Below, piece by piece: positions 1-8,394 of a DNA stretch of 64,000 nt (position 1 is its first letter; every line of letters begins with the position of its first letter). The notes beneath the pieces were generated by a model that was not told where the DNA came from, ran no database searches, and worked only from the letters and a program-made list of their open reading frames with translations. This DNA is from an uncultured Christensenellaceae bacterium (GTDB lineage Bacteria; Bacillota; Clostridia; Christensenellales; CAG-314), in NCBI GenBank assembly GCA_910585195.1, contig CAJUCX010000003.1:1828-65827 (forward strand), in the 5' to 3' direction. The position numbers and the translations under genes are program-made.

Positions 1-1251
1 TGCTTAACAGCGAACTGTCAGACAGCGCGGGCGAAATGCCAAAAACAGTTTATTGCCGTCCTTTGAAATTTACCGACAAGGAGATTTCAAAAATGCCAAA
101 GACTTTTAGAAAAGAGTTTAGAATAGACGGCTGCACAGCACACGTAAGAAAACGCAGCGACGCGCGCTACCGTTGCTCTTATGAGATAAGATACCGCCGG
201 AACGGTTACAACATCACCGCATCGGCGCGAACGCTTGAAGCAGCGAAAGAGAATTTTATTCAAAAATTGCGTAATGCTGACAACAAGAAAGAAAACCCTA
301 CCACCAACAAAGTGCCGACGACTTTTAACGAGTTTGCTTATTTTTGGTTTGAGAACTACCACAAACGCAAAGTTATAATCGACACATACAAAAATAGTTT
401 GGGCGTATTTAAAAGACACATTGCACAGCGGTTTGTAAACGAGCCTATAAAAAACATAAACGCAAAAGACATACAAGACATTTTGGACGAATACACGGCG
501 CAAGGCAAATACAAAACCGTCGAAGATATTTTCGGCTTATTCAATCAGATACTAACTTACGCTGTAAAATATGGGCTTATCGTACATAACCCTGCCGAAA
601 TCGTTTTTTACAAAAGACATGAGAGAAAGCACGGCAAAGCACTTTCGTTGGACGAAGAAAAAAAGTTGCTTGCAGAAAGTGCCGGCACACATTACCAACT
701 TATGTTTGCCGTCGCACTCTATACCGGACTGCGACCTAATGAATTTAAAACCGTTGAAATACGCGGCAACATGATAATTGCAAAAAACAGCAAGCGGCGC
801 AACGGTGAGATTGCATACAAGCGAATACCGATACTAAAAATGTTAAAGCCGTACTTAGACGGCGTCGACAAAATTAAATGGGTTAAGCTTGACCGAATAC
901 GCAACAAGTTTAGAGAAATTCTGCCAAATCACAAATTATATGACTTGCGGACGACGTTTTACACGCATTGTCAAATTTGCGGAATTGCAGAAAGCGCACG
1001 CGACGAAATGGTAGGACACTCCGGCGGAATACTTAAAGACACCTACACCGATTTGCCGGACGAATTTTTACTTAAAGAAGCGGAAAAAATGGTGTGGTAA
1101 AAAATTACCCCCAAATATACCCCCGCAAAATTTTAAAAAATAACTAAAAATGGAGTTTTTGGGCTTAAATATTTGAAAAAACAACTTAATATAATACAGT
1201 TTTAGGCAAAAAATGGCGTTTTTTAATATTCGAGCCCTATACTCCCCACCA
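1..1251 (+). mobile_element. Right end of a putative integrative element (integrase plus att-like site); the element would extend leftward out of the window
   Basis: An integrase gene at 36-1100 is followed about 130 bp later by a sequence laid out like a tRNA 3' end, present in two copies. The left boundary is not in the window. Confidence 0.45.
36..1100 (+). CDS. Tyrosine recombinase / phage-type integrase
   Basis: 354-aa ORF. The C-terminal part (GLRPNEF, HKLYDLRTTF, MVGHSGG..KDTYTD) fits the R..H-x-x-R..Y catalytic pattern. The N-terminus is basic and arm-binding-like. Confidence 0.85.
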   Translation: MPKTVYCRPLKFTDKEISKMPKTFRKEFRIDGCTAHVRKRSDARYRCSYEIRYRRNGYNITASARTLEAAKENFIQKLRNADNKKENPTTNKVPTTFNEFAYFWFENYHKRKVIIDTYKNSLGVFKRHIAQRFVNEPIKNINAKDIQDILDEYTAQGKYKTVEDIFGLFNQILTYAVKYGLIVHNPAEIVFYKRHERKHGKALSLDEEKKLLAESAGTHYQLMFAVALYTGLRPNEFKTVEIRGNMIIAKNSKRRNGEIAYKRIPILKMLKPYLDGVDKIKWVKLDRIRNKFREILPNHKLYDLRTTFYTHCQICGIAESARDEMVGHSGGILKDTYTDLPDEFLLKEAEKMVW

Positions 1252-1308
1252 AAACATAAGCACTGTGTTACACAGTGCTTTTTACTTTGTCTTGCGCCGG
1301 CTCTCACC
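1229..1308 (+). repeat. att-like repeat copy A: tRNA 3'-end-like 23-mer plus terminator hairpin
   Basis: TTCGAGC-CCTAT-ACTCCCC-A-CCA parses as T-loop(7), T-stem 3' arm(5), acceptor 3' arm(7), discriminator and CCA. There is no matching 5' half upstream. It is followed by the hairpin AGCACTGTG-TTA-CACAGTGCT and a T-run. Confidence 0.6.
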
Positions 1309-1364
1309 TACGGTAACGCGATTGGCTTATACAACAATCGCTATTCCGTCGCTGACGCTCCTTA

Positions 1365-1441
1365 CGAGCCCTATACTCCCCACCACAAACAAAGCACTGT
1401 GTAACACGGTGCTTTTTATTTATCTTTCGTTGGCTCTCACC
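1365..1441 (+). repeat. att-like repeat copy B, a diverged copy of 1231-1308
   Basis: The 21-bp core CGAGCCCTATACTCCCCACCA is identical to copy A. The following ~56 bp, including a terminator hairpin and the GGCTCTCACC end, is roughly 85 percent identical by eye. Confidence 0.6.
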
Positions 1442-1543
1442 AAAACATATTTACACATTCGATATTTGACAATATAATATATTTACAAATTATATTTGTA
1501 CTTTTTTTGTAATGAAAATATAATTAAACCAAGGTGAATTTTT

Positions 1544-2020
1544 ATGTCTAAGCAAGAAAAATTGTTGTTGCAAGCGCGCAATAAAAACGGCACTTATGAA
1601 GAAACTTTTTGCAAAAAATATATAAAAAGAAAGCGCGGTTATATTTTTTATGCAATTTTCCGTTGGCAGTCTATCGCTCTGTTTGTGGGACTGATTATTT
1701 GCTGTTTGCTGCACTATTTATTCAACCTTACCGGCGACGACGACATCATGGCAACCATCATATCGCTAGCGCTTATTGCAATATTCGGCTTTGCTTGGCT
1801 TTATTTCTTTTTTATGCCGCATGGTTTTGGAATACGCAAAGACAAGAAAGAGAAAAAAGAAAAAGCAGCCTTCTGCCGAGCAAAGCGACGAAACTTAATC
1901 GAAACCGTCGTAAAACTAAATAAAACCATACTTCAAAAGTGTTGCGCAACCGCAACGCTTTTGTTTTTTTATATAAATTGTTACCTGTCGGTTTCTTTTA
2001 ATTTGTGTTTAACAAATTAA
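1544..2020 (+). CDS. Hypothetical small membrane protein
   Basis: 158-aa ORF with AAGGTGA upstream of the ATG. It has two hydrophobic segments and a lysine-rich segment. I recognise no family. Confidence 0.4.
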   Translation: MSKQEKLLLQARNKNGTYEETFCKKYIKRKRGYIFYAIFRWQSIALFVGLIICCLLHYLFNLTGDDDIMATIISLALIAIFGFAWLYFFFMPHGFGIRKDKKEKKEKAAFCRAKRRNLIETVVKLNKTILQKCCATATLLFFYINCYLSVSFNLCLTN

Positions 2021-2174
2021 ATGTAACGCTATTTGTTAAACAAGAATATATTTACGTGTCAAACTTTCAAAAAAAATTCACAAGCATTATTGCAAATAAA
2101 CTACCGTTTTGATACAATACAGTTAGCGGTGAAAGTTGTTTTTTGCCGCAAAAAATCGAAAGGAGATATTACAG

Positions 2175-4358
2175 ATGTCAGACTTATTACTCATCATCGT
2201 GGGTGCTGCCGTAATACTTGCTCTTTCTTATGCGTGCTTCAACTTCTTTATGGTAAAGAAAATGAAAGAAGGCACCGACAGAATGCAGGAAATTGCAGGC
2301 GCAATCCGCATAGGCGCAAATGCGTTTATCCGCTATGAATACAAAATTGTTGCGATAATAGGCGCGGTTGTTGCCGTAATACTCGGCGTGCTTATCAGTT
2401 GGCAGACGGGCGTTTCGTTTATCTTAGGTGCAACGCTGTCGGCAACCGCAGGCTTTGTAGGAATGAAAATCGCAACGTACAGCAACGTGCGCGTTGCAAA
2501 CCAAGCAAACGAAACCCGCGACCTAGGCAAAACGCTTAAAGTTGCGTTTAAGGGCGGTTCGGTAATGGGCTTGTGCGTTGCAGGCTTTGCGCTTTTGGGC
2601 ATAATTATCGTATACCTTGTGTTCGGCGTGGCATTGGGACAGATAAACGACGTAATCGAAGGAACGGTTCAAAACAGCATAATCTTCCCTGCACTTGAAA
2701 CGTCCTTTACTATGACGGTGTCGGGCTATGCGCTCGGCTGCTCGATAATTGCGTTGTTCAACCGCGTAGGCGGCGGCATTTATACAAAAGCCGCGGATAT
2801 GGGCGCAGACCTCGTAGGCAAAACCGAGGCGCACATACCTGAGGACGACCCGAGAAACCCTGCAACAATTGCAGACAACGTAGGCGACAACGTAGGCGAC
2901 GTTGCTGGACTTGGCAGCGACTTGTTGGAAAGCTACGTCGGCGCGATTATGTCTGGCGTAATTCTTGCGTGCGAAATGTTTTTGCACGGGCTTGCGATTT
3001 CTGCGGAATTGCTGCATACGCTGTTGCTCTTCCCTATCGTTTTTGCAGGCTGCGGACTTTTGAGTTGTATAATAGGCATCTCTTACATAGTGTTAAAGCG
3101 CAAACTGTCAAGCAACGTTCATATGGAACTTAACGTTGCAACGTGGATTTCCGCCGCAATGTCGGTCATCTTGTGTTTTGTGATAAGTTTCTTTATATTC
3201 AAAGACTTCCCACAGGAAGAACTTGGGTTGCTAGGTTTCAGACTCGGCAACATATCTCCGTTTTTAGCGGCAGTGTTTGGTATTGCGGCAGGTATTTTAA
3301 TAGGAATCGCGTCGGAATACTACACAAGCTATGACTATAAACCTACCAAAAAAATTGCAAACTCGTCAAAAGAAGGTCCTGCACTTACTATCACGCAAGG
3401 TCTTGCAACGGGTATGATAAGCTGTATGATACCTGTGGTTATCTTAGGTGTGGCAATATTCGGTTCTTACCTTGTTGCCGGAATGTACGGCGTTTCGTGT
3501 GCGGCGCTTGGTATGCTGTCTTTTGTTGCAGCAACCGTTGCTGTCGACACTTACGGACCTATCTCGGACAATGCCGGCGGCATTGCAGAAATGAGCAAAC
3601 TCGACCCGGAAGTAAGAGAAATTACAGACAAACTCGACAGCGTAGGCAACACCACTGCGGCAATAGGCAAAGGTTTTGCAATAGGCTCTGCGGCGCTTGC
3701 GGCACTGTCTCTTATGAACTCTTACCTTTATGCATTCGGCGGAGTTGACGCTCTCGGCAACATTTTGCTTAACATAGTAAATCCGCTTACTCTCGTAGGC
3801 GCACTGTTCGGCGCGGCATTGCCGTTCTTGTTCTCGGGCATGCTTATAGAAGCAGTTGCAAAAGCGGCGCGCAAAATGGTTGACGAAGTGCGCAGACAGT
3901 TTAACGAAATACCGGGGCTGCTTGCAGGCGAAGCAATGCCTGACTACAAAACTTGTATAGAAATTTCTTCTCAAGGCTCGCTTAAAGAAATGCGCTTCCC
4001 TTGCGTATTGGCAATACTCTTCCCTATCGTTTCGGGCTTTGTATTCGGCGCGCAATTTGTAGGCGGCTTGCTTATCGGCGCAACGATAACGGCAATTATG
4101 CTTGCGCTCTTCTGCGGAAACTCGGGCGGTGCTTGGGACAACGCAAAGAAATTTATTGAAAGCGGCGGCGTAATGGGACACGGCAAAGGCTCCCCTGCAC
4201 ACGACGCATCTATCGTCGGCGACACCGTAGGCGACCCGCTTAAAGACACCGTCGGCCCGTCCCTCGATATACTCATCAAAATTATGTCTACCATCTCTCT
4301 CATAGCGGTAGTAATTTTCAGCCAATATAACTTGTTTGGCGTTTTGGGTATTATTTAA
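2175..4358 (+). CDS. hppA: Membrane-integral H+/Na+-translocating pyrophosphatase
   Basis: Motifs GGGIYTKAADMGADLVGK, DNVGDNVGD, GNTTAAIGKGFAIGSAAL and DTVGDPLKDT in a polytopic protein. I moved the start to ATG 2175, which follows AGGAGA. Confidence 0.93.
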   Translation: MSDLLLIIVGAAVILALSYACFNFFMVKKMKEGTDRMQEIAGAIRIGANAFIRYEYKIVAIIGAVVAVILGVLISWQTGVSFILGATLSATAGFVGMKIATYSNVRVANQANETRDLGKTLKVAFKGGSVMGLCVAGFALLGIIIVYLVFGVALGQINDVIEGTVQNSIIFPALETSFTMTVSGYALGCSIIALFNRVGGGIYTKAADMGADLVGKTEAHIPEDDPRNPATIADNVGDNVGDVAGLGSDLLESYVGAIMSGVILACEMFLHGLAISAELLHTLLLFPIVFAGCGLLSCIIGISYIVLKRKLSSNVHMELNVATWISAAMSVILCFVISFFIFKDFPQEELGLLGFRLGNISPFLAAVFGIAAGILIGIASEYYTSYDYKPTKKIANSSKEGPALTITQGLATGMISCMIPVVILGVAIFGSYLVAGMYGVSCAALGMLSFVAATVAVDTYGPISDNAGGIAEMSKLDPEVREITDKLDSVGNTTAAIGKGFAIGSAALAALSLMNSYLYAFGGVDALGNILLNIVNPLTLVGALFGAALPFLFSGMLIEAVAKAARKMVDEVRRQFNEIPGLLAGEAMPDYKTCIEISSQGSLKEMRFPCVLAILFPIVSGFVFGAQFVGGLLIGATITAIMLALFCGNSGGAWDNAKKFIESGGVMGHGKGSPAHDASIVGDTVGDPLKDTVGPSLDILIKIMSTISLIAVVIFSQYNLFGVLGII

Positions 4359-4409
4359 TAATATTTCACCTAACGGTTATTTTACTTTTACTCAACGACT
4401 TAACAAAAT

Positions 4410-4431
4410 GGCGTTGCCAAAAGGCAACGCC
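4410..4431 (+). terminator. Rho-independent terminator hairpin downstream of hppA
   Basis: GGCGTTGCC-AAAA-GGCAACGCC followed by T-rich sequence. A second 16-bp-stem hairpin lies at 4492-4527 and is followed by TTGTTT. Confidence 0.7.
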
Positions 4432-4567
4432 ACTTTATATTTATTTATTTTAAGCATAGACAATACGCCGTCGGTTTTTCTGTTTAAGAATAACCAAACC
4501 CCGTTGCTTTTGCAACGGGGTTTGGTTTTGTTTACTGTTTTATATTTTCATTAAAACTCAAATCGAT

Positions 4568-4810
4568 TTACGGCACTTGAATATACACGCCGTCTATAAG
4601 TTGATAAACCGCCTGCAACTCTATTTTTTGCTGCTGCAAAATTTGTCTTGCCTGCGTTGTTTTGTCTTCCGCAATACACAACAGCAAACCGCAGCCCGCC
4701 CTTATTGCATTTGGCACGGGACGCACCTTGACGGAAATATTCTGCTCTTGCAATGCCTGTTCTGCCGCGATGACGGCGGAAGTGTTTGGAAAGGTAAAAA
4801 AATATTCCAT
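4568..4810 (-). CDS. DUF3343-like small protein (putative Se/S carrier family)
   Basis: 80 aa. The pattern YFFTF..A..AE..L....I.V...P.P..I...CGL is typical of DUF3343 proteins. It is tightly linked to yedF. Confidence 0.7.
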   Translation of the reverse strand: MEYFFTFPNTSAVIAAEQALQEQNISVKVRPVPNAIRAGCGLLLCIAEDKTTQARQILQQQKIELQAVYQLIDGVYIQVP

Positions 4811-4812
4811 AA

Positions 4813-5427
4813 TTAAATATTGATTACCTTTTGAGCGCCGCTCATGGCTTCTACAATGTCGTACATATTGCAGATTTCCCCTACGGAAACTTGGTCTTTA
4901 ACTTTGAAGTAGTCTGCGCAAGTGCCGCAAATGCGTATTTTGGTGCCGCGTTCTTCCATAACTTTAATATCTGCCAGAGTGTTGGCGTCTTTTAACGTAA
5001 GTTTAACGCCGCTGTTGAAAAATACGACTGCCTTTGGCGGAACTTCCAACTGCGAAAGAGAAAAGATAAAACCTTTTATAAGTATCTTGCCGAGTTCTTC
5101 GCTGCCGTGCCCCATTTGGTTTTGACTTATGGCAACAACCAAACCGTTGCCCGACGGCGCCGAAACCGTTGTTTGTTGGCTAACTTCAACTTCCTGCGCC
5201 TGACCTGCGCCAACCGTGATAGTAACCGCATAGTCCTTGTCGGCGCGTTTTACTACGTCGCACTTGTAACCTTTGCTTGCCGACATTTTGCTTAAATTGT
5301 CGCAGGCAATTTGGTTGTCTACAAGCACTTGCACTGCGCCGCCTTCCTGCGGAAACTTTGCAATTACTTTTTTTGCTTCGATAACTGGTCTGGGACAAAC
5401 CCAACCCATTGCGTCGATAATTTCCAT
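4813..5427 (-). CDS. yedF: YedF-type selenium metabolism protein (TusA/SirA-like N-terminus plus DsrE-like C-terminus)
   Basis: 204 aa. N-terminal CPRP motif (GWVCPRPVIEAKK) as in TusA/SirA. An AGAGG ribosome-binding site precedes the ATG. Confidence 0.8.
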   Translation of the reverse strand: MEIIDAMGWVCPRPVIEAKKVIAKFPQEGGAVQVLVDNQIACDNLSKMSASKGYKCDVVKRADKDYAVTITVGAGQAQEVEVSQQTTVSAPSGNGLVVAISQNQMGHGSEELGKILIKGFIFSLSQLEVPPKAVVFFNSGVKLTLKDANTLADIKVMEERGTKIRICGTCADYFKVKDQVSVGEICNMYDIVEAMSGAQKVINI

Positions 5428-5429
5428 AA

Positions 5430-6593
5430 CTATTTACCTCTTTTTAATAAAATTCGTTTTATACCGCGGACGGCCGTGTCGACTTCTTCCTGCTTGTTGA
5501 AGTGGGAAAAGGAAAATCTGACCGCTCCCGTCCGTTGCGTACCCAAAGTTTTGTGCATAAGCGGCGCACAATGCGCTCCTGCCCTTACTGCAATACCGTA
5601 TTCCTGCCAAAGCATATCCGCCGCGTCGCCGCTGTCAATTCCGTCAAGATTAAGCGCAACGACAGGCGTCCTTACCGAGGCGCCGACGTCGCCGTAAAGA
5701 GTAACGCCGTCAATACATTCGACTTGTTTTATAAAATTTCTTGCTAATATATCGGCGTCGTCAAACAGACTAGAACTATTGTTTTGCTTGTTTGCTTTGC
5801 CTGTAAATATTTTTTCGTTAAACTTCTCTACGTAAGTTATGCCAGCAAGCAAACCCGCTATGCCGTGTGCGTTTTGCGTGCCTGCCTCCAAAGCATCGGG
5901 CATTAAATCGGGGTGCGTGGGAGAAAACGATTCGCTGCCGCTGCCGCCTATAACGAGCGGCTGCGGTTTGAAGTCTTGTCCCAAGCAAATACCTCCCGTG
6001 CCCTGCGGTCCGTAAAGCGATTTATGCCCGGAAAAGCACAGCGCCGATATATTTGCTTTTTGCATATCTATTGCAAGCAAGCCGGCAGTCTGCGCACAGT
6101 CTGCAATAAACCTTACGCCCTCTTTTTTGCAGATTTCGCCTATGGCATAAATATCGTAAACGTTGCCGACAAGGTTTGACGCGTGGCAAGTAACCACCGC
6201 TTCGGTTTCGCTTGTGATGGCGTCTTGCAACTTATTTAAGTCCAGTCTGCCTAGTTTGTCGTTTTGCACCACGGTAAAATTGCCGTGTCTATACACAGGG
6301 CGCAATACGCTGTTGTGCTCTGCGCAGGTGGTAACAATGTTTCCTTTAACGGAAGATATGGCAATATTAAGCGCGGCGGTTGCATTTTGAGTAAACGCCA
6401 CGTCCATTGCGTTTTTGACGTTAAACAACTTTGCAACGGCAAAACGCGCTTTCATAAGCGTACGCAAACCGTTAAGCGACGCGTCATAAGACCCGCGCGA
6501 CGGGTTTCCGCAAGTGTTAAGAGCGTTTGCGATTTCTTCCGCCACCTGCGGCGGCTTTGGCATTGTCGTTGCGGCGTTGTCAAAATATATCAT
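5430..6593 (-). CDS. Class V aminotransferase: cysteine desulfurase / selenocysteine lyase family
   Basis: 387 aa. FSGHKSLYGPQGTG is the PLP-lysine region, and HCAPL near the C-terminus holds the catalytic Cys region. It ends 2 nt before the yedF start. Confidence 0.85.
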   Translation of the reverse strand: MIYFDNAATTMPKPPQVAEEIANALNTCGNPSRGSYDASLNGLRTLMKARFAVAKLFNVKNAMDVAFTQNATAALNIAISSVKGNIVTTCAEHNSVLRPVYRHGNFTVVQNDKLGRLDLNKLQDAITSETEAVVTCHASNLVGNVYDIYAIGEICKKEGVRFIADCAQTAGLLAIDMQKANISALCFSGHKSLYGPQGTGGICLGQDFKPQPLVIGGSGSESFSPTHPDLMPDALEAGTQNAHGIAGLLAGITYVEKFNEKIFTGKANKQNNSSSLFDDADILARNFIKQVECIDGVTLYGDVGASVRTPVVALNLDGIDSGDAADMLWQEYGIAVRAGAHCAPLMHKTLGTQRTGAVRFSFSHFNKQEEVDTAVRGIKRILLKRGK

Positions 6594-6693
6594 AACAATA
6601 TTTTAACCCTGCAAAGAAACAATGTCAATAAAGAAATGTATTGAAATTAAATTGCAAGTGTGATAAAATTCAAATATAAACGGAGAAATTATT

Positions 6694-8073
6694 ATGAATA
6701 AATTGCGTTCTATGCCGCGCGTAGACGACGTGCTGTCGTTGGTGCAGGCAGAGCAAAAAACACAAAACATCTCTTATGCGGAACTGTTAAACTGCGTGCG
6801 CGAAACTTTGGACAAAACACGCAAAGACGTATTGTCTGGCAAACTCGAACAAGTGCCGCCTATTAAAGAAATCGTACGCGAAGTCGTAAGAATGGCGGTA
6901 AAACAATGCAGCGGCAGTTTGCGCCCCGTCATAAATGCCACCGGCGTAGTTTTGCACACAAACTTGGGCAGAGCCGTGCTTGCGGAAGCCGCGGCGGAAA
7001 ACGTAAAGCAAGTAGCAAGGCAATACAACACTTTGGAGTATGATTTGGAAGCAGGAGAGCGCGGCAGCAGACACAGCCACGTTGAAAAGCTTATTTGCAA
7101 ACTTACCGGTGCAGAGGCGGCAATGGCGGTAAACAACAACGCCGCAGCCGTAATGCTTATGCTTGCGAGCATATGTAAAGATAAGGAAGTAGTAGTTTCG
7201 CGCGGAGAACTCGTTGAAATCGGCGGTTCCTTCCGCGTGCCGGAAATTATGAGTATGAGCGGCGCAACGCTTAAAGAAATAGGCACCACCAACAAGACGC
7301 ACGCCGACGATTATCGCAAAGCGATAAACGAAAACACGGCGGCATTATTGAAAGTACACACAAGCAACTTTAAGATTGTAGGGTTTTCGCAATCAATCGG
7401 CATAGAAGAACTTTCTCAAATAGGCAAAGAAACAGGCGTGCCCGTGCTTTACGACGTAGGCAGCGGTCTTATGGTTGACAACGCTCTCGTAAACATCGCC
7501 GACGAACTTTGCGTAAAAGAATGCATAAAAGGCGGCGCCGACGTGGTATGTTTCAGCGCCGACAAGCTTTTGGGCGGTCCGCAGGCAGGTATCCTTGCAG
7601 GCAAAAAAGAATATATCGACAAAATGAAAAAAAATCAATTTGCAAGAGTCGTTCGTATCGACAAGTTGAATCTTGCCGCGTTGGAGTCCACTTTGCGCAT
7701 TTATCTTGACGAGGAACGCGCCTTTAAGGAAATACCTACCCTTGCAAACCTTGCGGTAAGTAAATCCGACTTGCGCATAAAGGCAACCAAACTGCAAAGT
7801 ATGCTGCCCGAGCGCAAAAAAGACTTTACTTCCGTCATCAAAGCAGCAGAGTCGCAAGTAGGCGGCGGCTCCGCACCTGGAGAACTTTTGCCGTCTTTCG
7901 CAGTGCAGATAACGCCCGTTTCCATATCCGCCGCGGAAATGGAAAAGCGCCTGAGAGAATATGAAACTCCTATCATCTGCCGCATAAGGCAGGATAAGGT
8001 TTTGCTTGACCCGCGCACCATCTTTGAAAATCAATTTGAAGAAATTGCAAAGGCGTTTAACGAAATATTTTAA
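6694..8073 (+). CDS. selA: L-seryl-tRNA(Sec) selenium transferase
   Basis: 459 aa. FSADKLLGGPQAG is the PLP-lysine motif characteristic of SelA. N-terminal MPRVDDVL-type start. Confidence 0.93.
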   Translation: MNKLRSMPRVDDVLSLVQAEQKTQNISYAELLNCVRETLDKTRKDVLSGKLEQVPPIKEIVREVVRMAVKQCSGSLRPVINATGVVLHTNLGRAVLAEAAAENVKQVARQYNTLEYDLEAGERGSRHSHVEKLICKLTGAEAAMAVNNNAAAVMLMLASICKDKEVVVSRGELVEIGGSFRVPEIMSMSGATLKEIGTTNKTHADDYRKAINENTAALLKVHTSNFKIVGFSQSIGIEELSQIGKETGVPVLYDVGSGLMVDNALVNIADELCVKECIKGGADVVCFSADKLLGGPQAGILAGKKEYIDKMKKNQFARVVRIDKLNLAALESTLRIYLDEERAFKEIPTLANLAVSKSDLRIKATKLQSMLPERKKDFTSVIKAAESQVGGGSAPGELLPSFAVQITPVSISAAEMEKRLREYETPIICRIRQDKVLLDPRTIFENQFEEIAKAFNEIF

Positions 8074-8100
8074 CAGCAACTAAAATAAGTAATAAAAAAA

Positions 8101-8132
8101 CAGGCTGCCGCCTTGAAAAATACGGCAGCCTG
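8101..8132. terminator. 10-bp-stem hairpin after selA
   Basis: CAGGCTGCCG-12 nt-CGGCAGCCTG. The uridine-rich tail is on the minus-strand side (A7 precedes the hairpin on plus), so the hairpin is canonical only for minus-strand transcription. Confidence 0.5.
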
Positions 8133-8174
8133 TGCTAAAATAATTTAGGTCGGGGAAGTTCGCCCCGTTTATAT

Positions 8175-8264
8175 GGGACCGGATAGGTGCTGGTGTGCCT
8201 TTCGGGCAACCGATATGGGAAGTTTTACTGCCTGGGTGAGTTCGATTCTCACACGGTCCCGCCA
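8175..8264 (+). tRNA. tRNA-like gene at the expected selC position; Sec-type scaffold, anticodon not resolved
   Basis: GGGACCG(G) pairs with (A)CGGTCCC, followed by G-CCA. The T-arm is GTGAG-TTCGATT-CTCAC. The D-arm AGGTGC-TGGT-GTGCCT has a 6-bp stem and 4-nt loop. The central 35 nt contain no TCA and no 7-nt anticodon loop that I can fold. Confidence 0.5.
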
Positions 8265-8309
8265 TTTTCAAAAATGATAGGAGTTGATAATTTTATTGCT
8301 CCCGACATA

Positions 8310-8338
8310 GAACCGATAAGTAAAAAATCGGTTCTTTT
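8310..8338 (+). terminator. Terminator downstream of the tRNA-like gene
   Basis: GAACCGAT-9 nt-ATCGGTTC followed by TTTT. Confidence 0.65.
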
Positions 8339-8394
8339 ATATAATATGCATTAAAAAGCAAAAGTGCTCTGCAATGCTTTTTTAAGGAGGACGT

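Noticed and set aside
13-26. 14-bp match AACTGTCAGACAGC at 13-26, with its reverse complement at 62966-62979, as possible distant inverted repeats
   Set aside because: Roughly ten or more 14-mer matches are expected by chance in 64 kb counting both orientations. The match does not extend, and part of it is a self-palindrome (CTGTCAGACAG).
1213-1477. Two overlapping 63-70-aa plus-strand ORFs downstream of the integrase
   Set aside because: They run through the duplicated att-like repeats and terminator hairpins. They have no ribosome-binding site, and the repeats explain the sequence.
8080-8271. 63-aa minus-strand ORF between selA and selD
   Set aside because: It overlaps the selA terminator hairpin and the tRNA-like gene on the opposite strand. 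An RNA gene explains the region better.
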